Positions 56,066-64,000 of a DNA stretch of 64,000 bases are shown piece by piece; within the stretch, counting starts at the first letter, position 1; the number at the start of each line of letters is the position of its first letter. The DNA lies in assembly GCA_963663235.2 (NCBI GenBank), contig CAXXNO010000004.1, forward strand, positions 832,001 through 896,000, in the 5' to 3' direction. The translations under genes were made by a program, and so were the position numbers. The stretch is from Dehalococcoidia bacterium (GTDB lineage: Bacteria; Chloroflexota; Dehalococcoidia; Bin125). Under the pieces are notes generated by a model, which was not told where the DNA came from, searched no databases, and saw only the letters and a program-made list of their open reading frames with translations.

Positions 56066-58627
56066 ATGATCACCGACACGCAGCGGGACGGGCCCAACCG
56101 CCTCAGGCAGCGCGAGGCCGAGGCGCGCGCGGTGCAGATCCACGATGTCACGTACGCTCTGTCACTCTCCCTGCAAGACAGGGCGCCCGACTACGAGGGC
56201 AACGTGACGATCGAGTTTGGTCACCGCGAGCCGAAAGCGGGCACGTTCCTGGACTTCACGGGCCAAACGATCGAGCTCCTGGAGGTCAACGGCCAGCCGG
56301 TCGGCGATTCCGTCTGGCGATCCAACCGGATCGAGCTCGAGGGCAGGCGGCTGCGCGATCAGAACACGGTTCGCATCGTCTACCGGAACGCGTACGACCA
56401 CACGGGCGCCGGCTTCCACCAGTTCCAGGATCCGGAAGACGGCAGCGAGTACGTCTATACGAACTTCGAGCCGTACGAGGCCCACCGTCTTTTCCCCTGC
56501 TTCGACCAGCCCGACATCCGAGCACGCCTACAGCTCAGCGTCGCGGCACCCGACGACTGGACGGTCATCGCGAACGAGGCTGAGACGGGCCGGACCGCGA
56601 CAGCGGACGGGCGCGCGCAGCGTCGGTTCACCCAGACGCCGCCGCTCAGCACCTACCTCTTCGCCGTGGTGGCGGGGCCGTACGAGCGCTTCCAGGACCG
56701 GTATGAGGACACGCCGCTGGCGCTCTACTGTCGGCGGTCACTCAGCCAGTACCTGGACAGTGCGGAGGTGTTCACCATCACCAAGCAGGGGCTGGCGTTC
56801 TTTAGCGACTTCTTCGCCTGCCCTTACCCCTTCAGCAAGTACGACCAACTCTTCGTCCCGGAGTTCAACGCGGGCGCGATGGAGAACGCCGGCGCCGTGA
56901 CCTTCTCCGAGCGGATGGTGTTCCGCGACCCGCCTACGGAGATTCAGCGGATGAATCGCGCCGAGGTGGTGCTGCACGAAATGGCACACATGTGGTTCGG
57001 GGATCTGGTCACCATGCGCTGGTGGAACGATCTCTGGCTCAACGAGAGCTTCGCCACGTACATGTCGTACCTGGCCATGAGCGAAGCCACTCGCTTCAGC
57101 CGTGGCTGGCAGGCGTTCAACTCCCGCATGAAGGCGTGGGCCTATCACCAGGACCAACTGGTGACCACCCACCCGATCGCCGGGCCGGTGCCGGATACCG
57201 ACGCCACCTTCCTCAACTTCGACGGCATCACCTATGGCAAGGGCGCCTCGGTCCTGAAGCAGTTGGCCGCCGCCATCGGCAGCGATGGTTTCCGCGAGGG
57301 GATGCGGCACTACTTCCGGACCTACGCCTGGACGAACACCAACCTCAGCGACTTCCTCGGCGCGTTGGAGCACGGAGCACAACGGGACCTGCAGGAGTGG
57401 TCGCGGCTGTGGATCGAGACCGAAGGGCTGAACACTCTACGTCCCGCCTGGGAGACCCGCGACGGCCGGGTGGGCGCGTTCACGATCGCGCAGACGGCGC
57501 CCGCCGAGCACCCGACGCTGCGCCCGCACCACCTGCAACTGGCGCTGATCGACGCCGACGCCTCGGGCGCGCCCGTCCTGCGCGACTCCATCCCCGTGCT
57601 AGTCGAGGGGGAGCGAACCGTAGTCGAGGCGGCCGCCGGCATGGAAGCGCCGGCCTGCGTCTTCGCCAACGACCAGGACCACGCCTACGCCAAGATCGCG
57701 CTGGACGAGCGCTCGGTGGCCTTCGTGCGGGAGCGGGTGGATCGCTTCGCCGACCCATTCTTGCGCCAACTGCTGTGGCGCACCCTCTGGGACATGGTGC
57801 GGGACCAGCAGTTCCGATCGACAGACTACCTGGCGCTGGTGCGGGACAAGATCGGTGCCGAGCAAGAGCTAGAGCTGATCGAGAGCGCACTGGGCAACGT
57901 GCAGGCGGCCGTCGCCCGCTTCGTGCCCGAAAGCCGACGCGTGGACGAAGCGGAGGCGTTCTCCGACATCGCCTGGGAGCGGCTCTTCGTCGCACCGGAC
58001 AAGGACCGGCGCATTGTCTGGGCGCGGGCGGCGATCACCGCCGCGCAGCGGCCCCAGAGCATCGCCCGGCTGCTGGAGCTCGTCGACAAGGGGACGGGGA
58101 TCGAGGGATTCGATCTGGACCAAGACATGCGGTGGTCCCTGGTGACGAAGCAGATCGCCCACGGCCTCGCCGACGGGAGCGCCCGGCTGGAAGTGGAAGC
58201 AGAGCGCGACCCCAGCGACCGCGGCCGGCGCGCAGCGGCTCGCGCACGCAGCAGCGCACCCGACGCCGGGGTCAAGGCGGAGGAGTGGGAACGATTCACC
58301 AGCGACCGTGAGTCGTCGCTGCAGATGATCGCGGCGGGTATGAGCGGCTTCGTCTGGCCGCACCAACGTGAGCTGCTGGCGCCGTACGTGGAGCGGTTCT
58401 TCGACGAGGTGCGCGACGTCTTTCGATCGCGCGACAAGGACTTCGCCCAAGCCTATTTCGGCGCGCTGTTCCCGCACTCCCGGCCCGAGGATGCCGTGAT
58501 TGAGCGGGCAGAGGCGCTCCTGGCCTCGCTCGGCGACGACGAAGCGGTGCTGCGACGCACTACCCTGGAAGCGCTGGATGACCTGCGCCGCGCCCGGGCC
58601 TGTCGCGCCTTCGCGGCATCGGCCTAG
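56066..58627 (+). CDS. pepN: Aminopeptidase N (M1)
   Basis: CFDQPD, GAMEN, HEMAHMWFGDLVT, LWLNES, YGKG motifs. Confidence 0.95.
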   Translation: MITDTQRDGPNRLRQREAEARAVQIHDVTYALSLSLQDRAPDYEGNVTIEFGHREPKAGTFLDFTGQTIELLEVNGQPVGDSVWRSNRIELEGRRLRDQNTVRIVYRNAYDHTGAGFHQFQDPEDGSEYVYTNFEPYEAHRLFPCFDQPDIRARLQLSVAAPDDWTVIANEAETGRTATADGRAQRRFTQTPPLSTYLFAVVAGPYERFQDRYEDTPLALYCRRSLSQYLDSAEVFTITKQGLAFFSDFFACPYPFSKYDQLFVPEFNAGAMENAGAVTFSERMVFRDPPTEIQRMNRAEVVLHEMAHMWFGDLVTMRWWNDLWLNESFATYMSYLAMSEATRFSRGWQAFNSRMKAWAYHQDQLVTTHPIAGPVPDTDATFLNFDGITYGKGASVLKQLAAAIGSDGFREGMRHYFRTYAWTNTNLSDFLGALEHGAQRDLQEWSRLWIETEGLNTLRPAWETRDGRVGAFTIAQTAPAEHPTLRPHHLQLALIDADASGAPVLRDSIPVLVEGERTVVEAAAGMEAPACVFANDQDHAYAKIALDERSVAFVRERVDRFADPFLRQLLWRTLWDMVRDQQFRSTDYLALVRDKIGAEQELELIESALGNVQAAVARFVPESRRVDEAEAFSDIAWERLFVAPDKDRRIVWARAAITAAQRPQSIARLLELVDKGTGIEGFDLDQDMRWSLVTKQIAHGLADGSARLEVEAERDPSDRGRRAAARARSSAPDAGVKAEEWERFTSDRESSLQMIAAGMSGFVWPHQRELLAPYVERFFDEVRDVFRSRDKDFAQAYFGALFPHSRPEDAVIERAEALLASLGDDEAVLRRTTLEALDDLRRARACRAFAASA

Positions 58628-58649
58628 CCCGGCGACGAGGGAGCGTCGA

Positions 58650-59462
58650 ATGGCTGAGATCGCCGCCTGCTATCTCCATCCGGTCAAGGGCATGCCGCCC
58701 GTGGCGATGCCCTCCCTGGAACTGGAACCGGGCCGCAGTCCCAAGGGGGACCGGGCGTTCGTGTTCGCCTTCGCCACAGCGCGTCCACAGGGCGAATACC
58801 GCTGGGTCAGCAAGCACGACTCGGTCACTATGCTGAACACTCCTCATCTCGCCCGCCTGCTCGCGGCGTTCGATCCCAGCACGCGCCGACTCACCATCGA
58901 GGCCCGTGAGGGCAACGGCTGGGGGAACGGCCCGGAGGGAGACCGCAGCGCGAGCGCGAACGTCGATGATCCAGGAGAGCGGGAAGTGCTGGCGGCCTGG
59001 GTGGCGCGGGCGCTGAAGCGACTCCCGTCCAACCCGCTGGCGGTGATGCCAGCCGTGGAGCCGCTGCAACTGCTGGGCGATGGGCGGTCTGCGTTCACCG
59101 ACCGCGGTCCAACCCAAGTCAGTCTGGGCACCGTTGACAGCCTGCGATCGCTCTCGGAGCAGGCCGGAGTCGACATCGATATCCGGCGGTTTCGGCTGAA
59201 CCTGATCATGAGCGGCGTGCCGCCGTGGGAGGAGCTGTCCTGGGGGCAGCAGCGGCTACGCATTGGGACGGTCGTCATGGTAGTGAGAGCGCCGCTGGTC
59301 CGGTGCAACTCCATCAACGCATCGCCGGAGGGCGCCGGGCGCGACGTGGAGGTGATGTCCGCGCTGCTGGCGGAGTTCGGACACGCATACTTCGGAGTGG
59401 AGGCAGAGGTGCTGGACGGCGGACGGGTCAGCGTGGGCGATGGCGTCGAGCTGATCGGCTAG
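58650..59462 (+). CDS. MOSC domain protein
   Basis: HPVKG, GDRAF, RRFRLN, VRC, FGV..V...G.VSVGD motifs. Confidence 0.85.
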   Translation: MAEIAACYLHPVKGMPPVAMPSLELEPGRSPKGDRAFVFAFATARPQGEYRWVSKHDSVTMLNTPHLARLLAAFDPSTRRLTIEAREGNGWGNGPEGDRSASANVDDPGEREVLAAWVARALKRLPSNPLAVMPAVEPLQLLGDGRSAFTDRGPTQVSLGTVDSLRSLSEQAGVDIDIRRFRLNLIMSGVPPWEELSWGQQRLRIGTVVMVVRAPLVRCNSINASPEGAGRDVEVMSALLAEFGHAYFGVEAEVLDGGRVSVGDGVELIG

Positions 59463-59478
59463 CAGACGAAGCGGACCG

Positions 59479-60228
59479 ATGGATCGTTTCCCGCTGGAGT
59501 CGTGGGACCCAGACCGACCCGACATCGCGCCGCTGCTGGCCGAGTCGGCGCTGGTGGACAGCGGGCTGATCCCGTCGGCGTCGAACTACGTCTTCGTGCT
59601 GGCGCTGAAGAGTGCGGAGGCGGGACGCGGCCATGCGATCTACAAACCGAGCCGCGGGGAGGCGCCGCTGTGGGACTTCCCGCCGGACCTCTATCTGCGC
59701 GAGCAGGCCACCTATCTCCTGAGCGAGGCGCTGGGCTGGGGTATCGTGCCGCCGACGGTGATTCGTGAGGTGGGGCTAGAGCACGGCGTGGGCTCCGTGC
59801 AGCTGTACATCCCCCATGATCGTCGCTGCACGTTCTTCGACCTGCGGGGGCGCTTCCCGGCGGAGATGCGTCGCTTCGCCACGTTCGACTGGCTCAGCAA
59901 CAACGCCGATCGCAAGGGCGGGCACATCATCCTAGACGGGCGGAACCGGCTCTGGGCCATCGACCACGGCCTCACGTTCCACGCGGAGGAGAAGCTGCGC
60001 ACGGTGATCTGGGACTACGCCGAAGAGCCGGTGCCGGAGCCGCTGCTGGGCGACATCGAAGCGTTGCTGGGCCAGCTCGACGGGGGCGACCTTCCGGAAC
60101 GGTTGGGCGCCTGCTTGGACAGGAGCGAGATCGAGGCGCTGCGCGCTCGTGCGGCGATGATCCTGCGCGAGCCCCGCTTTCCCGTGCCGCCGAGCTCTCG
60201 GCGACCGTACCCCTGGCCGCTGGTCTAG
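59479..60228 (+). CDS. SCO1664-family PI3/4-kinase-like protein
   Basis: ASNY, YKP.RGEAPLWDFP, VPPTVIR, NNADRKGGH, IDHGLTFH...KLRTVIW motifs. Confidence 0.88.
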   Translation: MDRFPLESWDPDRPDIAPLLAESALVDSGLIPSASNYVFVLALKSAEAGRGHAIYKPSRGEAPLWDFPPDLYLREQATYLLSEALGWGIVPPTVIREVGLEHGVGSVQLYIPHDRRCTFFDLRGRFPAEMRRFATFDWLSNNADRKGGHIILDGRNRLWAIDHGLTFHAEEKLRTVIWDYAEEPVPEPLLGDIEALLGQLDGGDLPERLGACLDRSEIEALRARAAMILREPRFPVPPSSRRPYPWPLV

Positions 60229-60962
60229 GACGACGCCTTAAAGCGGTTGCGCAGGCGGACCCGGCCGGGGCCGCCATCCGCAGGGATACGCTTGAGCGCG
60301 AGCGCGACGCGGTTGTCGGCGTCCAAGGCCTGCCAGTAGCGGTCCAGCAGCGACTCCTCGTCGCCGTCGAGGGGGAGCCAGAGGGGCTCGCCGCGGAAGC
60401 TGGGGAGCGGGTCGCCGTCGCCCTCGTAGGTGGTGAGGCCCAGGCCGAAGCCGGGGGGCGGCGGGGCGGGGCGGAAGGTGGTGTGATGGCTCAGGGCTGG
60501 GTCGTCGGGGTTGGCCTTGATGATGTTGAGCGCCAGGGCCGGCTCGTCGCTCAGCAGGTCCAGCATGGCGCTGATCCGCGGCGTGTAGTTGGGGGCGTCG
60601 GGCTCGCGCTCCCGCGTCGCCAGAGCCGCCTCGAACGTTTCCCCCTGGGCGAGGGCGCGGTGCAAGGTGCGGGTCTGGTCGCCGTTGCTCACCAGGTAGA
60701 GGCCCGGCAGCTCCAGCATCGCCTCGTAGATGATCAGGCTCGGGTCTTTCACGAGCGAGGGATCCGCGGGAGCCGTACGCAGCGTCGAGCCTTCGGCGAG
60801 AAAGAGGCGGTTCCGGCTGTTGGCGCTGCGACCCATGATCCAGTAGAGTTGGAGCCAGGCGGCTCCGTCCGCCGATCGCCCCAGCACCAGACCCCGGCCG
60901 GGATACGGGTTGCGCAGCAGGCGGCTGTTGAAGTTGGCGTCGGCTTCGGCGCGCAGGTCCAT
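60225..60962 (-). CDS. Stand-alone IMP cyclohydrolase (PurO-like Ntn fold)
   Basis: NPYPGRG, IMGRSANSRNR, DPSLIIY, NGDQT, EPDAPNYTPRIS, TY...GDPLPSF.GEP motifs; follows AICAR transformylase. Confidence 0.85.
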   Translation of the reverse strand: MDLRAEADANFNSRLLRNPYPGRGLVLGRSADGAAWLQLYWIMGRSANSRNRLFLAEGSTLRTAPADPSLVKDPSLIIYEAMLELPGLYLVSNGDQTRTLHRALAQGETFEAALATREREPDAPNYTPRISAMLDLLSDEPALALNIIKANPDDPALSHHTTFRPAPPPPGFGLGLTTYEGDGDPLPSFRGEPLWLPLDGDEESLLDRYWQALDADNRVALALKRIPADGGPGRVRLRNRFKASS

Positions 60963-60969
60963 GGCGGCG

Positions 60970-62148
60970 CTAGTGATGAAAGAGGCGGAGGCTGGAGAAG
61001 GCCATCACCATGCCGTACTCGTCGGCGGCGGCGATGACCCCTTCGTCCGCGATGGAGCCGCCCGGCTGGAGGATGTAGCGCACGGCGCTGGCCTGCGCCC
61101 GGTCCACGTTGTCGCGGAAGGGCATGAAGGCATCGTGGCTGAGCGCGTTGGTGAACTGGGCGATCCAGTGACGCCGCTCCTCGGTCGTCAGGGGATCCAC
61201 GGCGGCGGTCATCTGCGCGTGCAGATGCTCCCTCTCCGCCGGCGAGAGCTGGTCGAAGGAGATGAACTGCTCCCGGGCCGTGAAGCGCTCGGGCCGCTTG
61301 AGGTCCTCCCGGAGCGGGAGTTCGAGCACCCGCGGGTGCTGCTGCAACATCCAGCGGTCCGCCTTGGAGCAGGCGATGCGCGAGCAGTGAATGCGCGACT
61401 GCTGTCCCGCGCCCAGCCCGATCACCTGACCGTCGGCGGCCACGCAGACGGAGTTGGACTGCGTGTAGCGGAGAGCGACGGTGGCCACCAGCAGGTCGCG
61501 GGCCGCTTCCGGCGGGATGCTTTTCTCCTTGGTGACCACGTTGCCGAGCAGATCAGCGGTGATGGGAGTGGTATCGCGGGGCTGCTCCAAGACCAGGCCG
61601 AACAGGTCGCGCCGCTCGACCGGGGGCGGCTCGAAGTCGGGGTCGATCTGGAGGACCAGGTAGTTGCCGCCCTTCTTCTTGCGCAGGATCGCGAGCGCGT
61701 CGGCGTCGTAGCCGGGAGCGATGACGCCGTCCGAGACCTCGCGCCGCAGCGCCTCCGCGAGGGAGACATCCACCACATCGCTACAGGCGGCGAAATCGCC
61801 GTAGGAGGAGATGAGGTCGCCGCCGCGGGCACGGACGTAGGCGGCGGCGAGCGGCGAGAGGTCACGCTCCTCCACGGCGTAGGCGCGGCGCAGAACACCG
61901 GAGAGCGGCAGGCCGATGGCCGCGCCAGCCGGGCTGACGTGCTTGAACGAGGCGGCCGCGGGCAGGCCGGTCGCCTGGCGCAGCTCCCGCACCAGCGGCC
62001 AGCCGTTGAGGGCATCGAGGAGATTGATGTATCCCGGAGCACCGTTGAGCACCGAGATGGGGAGCGCCCCCTCAGCCCGGACCGCGCGCGCCGGCGTGCG
62101 ATGCGGGTTCAATCCGTAGCGCAGGGGGATCTCGGAACTCACAGCCAA
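60970..62148 (-). CDS. purH: AICAR formyltransferase (PurH C-terminal domain only)
   Basis: LRYGLNPH, PGYINLLDA, SFKHVSPAG, YTQSNSV, GAGQQSRIHC, QPGGS, RLFHH motifs; no N-terminal cyclohydrolase/MGS domain. Confidence 0.9.
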   Translation of the reverse strand: MAVSSEIPLRYGLNPHRTPARAVRAEGALPISVLNGAPGYINLLDALNGWPLVRELRQATGLPAAASFKHVSPAGAAIGLPLSGVLRRAYAVEERDLSPLAAAYVRARGGDLISSYGDFAACSDVVDVSLAEALRREVSDGVIAPGYDADALAILRKKKGGNYLVLQIDPDFEPPPVERRDLFGLVLEQPRDTTPITADLLGNVVTKEKSIPPEAARDLLVATVALRYTQSNSVCVAADGQVIGLGAGQQSRIHCSRIACSKADRWMLQQHPRVLELPLREDLKRPERFTAREQFISFDQLSPAEREHLHAQMTAAVDPLTTEERRHWIAQFTNALSHDAFMPFRDNVDRAQASAVRYILQPGGSIADEGVIAAADEYGMVMAFSSLRLFHH

Positions 62149-62234
62149 CCGCCAGTGATCCGGAGTGCAACGTCTGCTCCCTGCCTACCGTTGCCATCAG
62201 GCGGGGTCAAGGGCGGGGTGGAAAAGGCCGCGCG

Positions 62235-63113
62235 CTAGCGGAGCAGGTCCGCGAGCGCTGCGTCAATGTCGCGGAAGCGGAACCGATACCCCAAGGCCTC
62301 AGTGCGCCGAGGAAGCACGCGTTGACCGCTGGTCAACACGGAAGCGCCCTCGCCCAGCTGCAGGCGAAACACGAACGGCGGCACCCACAGCAGTGCCGGG
62401 CGGCGGAGGGCGCCCCCCAAGGCCCGGGTGAAAGCCGCGTTGGTCAGCGGCTCCGGCGCGCACAGGTTGAGCGGCCCTTCGACGGTGTCTGAATCGATAG
62501 CGTGGATCATCGCGCCGGTGACGTCGGTGAAGTGGACCCAGGAGAGCCATTGGCGGCCCCGGCCGATCGACCCACCGAGACCGAGGCGGAAGGGGCGCAG
62601 CATCTTGGGGAGCGCCCCGCCCTCCCGAGTCAGCACAACGCCCATCCGGAACAGGACGGTGCGCACGCCACTCCCCTGCGCCGCCGCCTCCCAGTCACGG
62701 CAGAGCGTGGCCAGGAAGTCCGTGCCGGGCGGGGCGTCCTCGTCCAGTTCCTCGCTACCGTGCGGCCCGTAGTAGCCCACCGCCGACGCCGACACCAAGA
62801 CGCGCGGCTTGCGCTCCGACGAGGCGATTGCCTCGACGAGGGTTCGGGCCGTATCGATGCGGCTGGCGCGCAGCTCCGCCTTGCGGGCGGCCGTCCAGCG
62901 CTTGGCAGTCACGTCGGCGCCGGCAAGGTGGACGACCGCGTCCGCTTCAGCGACGGCGGCCTTGACGCCGTCCCAGGCGACCCAGGTGATGGCGTCGTCG
63001 CGAGGGGCGGCGGGATCGCGCGTTACCCCGATCACGGAGTCGCCGCGGGCGGCCAGCGCCTCGCTCAAGGCCGCGCCGACGGTCCCGCCGGCGCCGGTGA
63101 TCAAGACCCTCAT
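62235..63113 (-). CDS. TIGR01777-like NAD-dependent epimerase/oxidoreductase
   Basis: ITGAGGTVG, HLAG, SASAVGYYG, GGAL.KM, G.GRQWLSWVH motifs. Confidence 0.9.
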   Translation of the reverse strand: MRVLITGAGGTVGAALSEALAARGDSVIGVTRDPAAPRDDAITWVAWDGVKAAVAEADAVVHLAGADVTAKRWTAARKAELRASRIDTARTLVEAIASSERKPRVLVSASAVGYYGPHGSEELDEDAPPGTDFLATLCRDWEAAAQGSGVRTVLFRMGVVLTREGGALPKMLRPFRLGLGGSIGRGRQWLSWVHFTDVTGAMIHAIDSDTVEGPLNLCAPEPLTNAAFTRALGGALRRPALLWVPPFVFRLQLGEGASVLTSGQRVLPRRTEALGYRFRFRDIDAALADLLR

Positions 63114-63120
63114 CGAGCCG

Positions 63121-63651
63121 TCAGCCGCCCATCGTGGGCACGACCGGCTCCAACCCCTGGATGCCACGAAGGAGGTTGATCTCACCGCGATGCCCGTTGA
63201 GGTGCGTGACCAGGTGCAGGAGGATCGCTCCGCCGACGGTTTCGGTGCGCTCTCCGACTTTCACCTCGCGCTGGAGGTCGGCGTCGGTGGCAGCGGCGAG
63301 GAAGCCGTCGGTGGCGGCGGCCACGGCATCGGCGTAGCCGGCGAAGGCGTCGACGTTGGCGAGGTGTACCTGCTGCGCTTCGTCGGTGGACTGCCCGGTG
63401 CCGATCCCCTTGGGCGGCAGGCCGGTCCGTTCCGCCCAGCCCCCCTCCCTCCAGATTGGGTCCTTGTCCTGCGCGATCCGCTGGATGATGGAATCCTCGA
63501 TGCGGGCGGCGTGCCACAGCACCCAAGCGATCGAGTGGCTGCCCTCCGGCGGCACGAAGTGCAGTTGCTCGTCCATCTGGCCGCTGCGGGCATCGCGGAA
63601 AGCGGCGTGGAGGAAGTCCATTCCCTGCCGGAGGTACTCCTGGTCGCTCAT
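63121..63651 (-). CDS. DinB superfamily protein
   Basis: SIAWVLWH, HLNGHRGEI His motifs. Confidence 0.85.
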   Translation of the reverse strand: MSDQEYLRQGMDFLHAAFRDARSGQMDEQLHFVPPEGSHSIAWVLWHAARIEDSIIQRIAQDKDPIWREGGWAERTGLPPKGIGTGQSTDEAQQVHLANVDAFAGYADAVAAATDGFLAAATDADLQREVKVGERTETVGGAILLHLVTHLNGHRGEINLLRGIQGLEPVVPTMGG

Positions 63652-63929
63652 TCCGCGCTCCTTTCGTGGGGGGGCTGGTCATCAGGTGGCTGATCGGCGG
63701 GCGGCTGTTCGTCAGGCAGTTGATCGGCGGGCGGCTGCTCGTCCAGGGCGCCGAGTTCCCGGAGTTGGCGGGCGAGGTCTTCCAGTTGGTCCTCGTTGAT
63801 GCCCATGCTCTGCATAGTCTCGCGCACCAGGCGGCGGACCTCATCCAGATTCTGGCGGATGAGAGCGTCGGCCAACTCCAGTTGGGTCTCGATGGCGCGG
63901 AAGCCGTGCCGCCGCTCGGTCTCGGTCAT
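63648..63929 (-). CDS. Hypothetical protein with DEQPPADQxP repeat tail
   Basis: ATG ORF overlapping the dinB start (ATGA); 30-bp repeats at about 63669-63745. Confidence 0.65.
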   Translation of the reverse strand: MTETERRHGFRAIETQLELADALIRQNLDEVRRLVRETMQSMGINEDQLEDLARQLRELGALDEQPPADQLPDEQPPADQPPDDQPPHERSAE

Positions 63930-64000
63930 GCCCAGGATGGTGGAAATCAGGCGGGTGAACAGGGTGGTGGTGCGGGCGATGCGGATGCGGTCATCGGGAT

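Noticed and set aside
62149-62234. ZMP/ZTP riboswitch above purH
   Set aside because: The spacer is short and lacks the GACUGGCG...GCCUGGGC architecture in proper order
1-64000. tRNA, rRNA, IS, integrase or prophage
   Set aside because: No such motifs were recognised; intergenic gaps are short and composition looks uniform by eye

Overview
This is a high-GC, gene-dense bacterial chromosomal segment with about 56 protein-coding genes. I saw no rRNA, tRNA, CRISPR array, IS element or phage genes. The gene content (F420-type PPOX/LLM enzymes, SCO1664 family, OSB-type men genes, Mo-hydroxylase, DinB) suggests Chloroflexota/Dehalococcoidia, but that is inference. Main content: (1) a classical menaquinone pathway split into two blocks, menF-menD-menC and tetR-menB-menA-menE with divergent menG. 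Both blocks carry the same palindrome AAACCGAC-N6-GTCGGTTT directly downstream of an identical TAGCGT -10-like box, a candidate TetR-controlled men regulon. (2) A CcdA whose canonical first helix (SPCVLP) sits at the C-terminus, i.e. an apparent circular permutation. (3) An anti-sigma-like/ECF sigma/secreted-protein module with two matching TGTAAC-N14-CGTGTC promoters and acidic tandem repeats. (4) A KamB/NpmA-like 16S m1A1408 methyltransferase. (5) An EndoV homologue lacking its catalytic aspartates. (6) A frameshifted REC-5xPAS protein with no output domain. (7) Metabolic and housekeeping genes: OFOR, XDH-family enzyme, metE, nhaA, YhaO/YhaN, pepN, and split purH/purO-type purine genes. All calls come from reading motifs by eye; no database searches were run.
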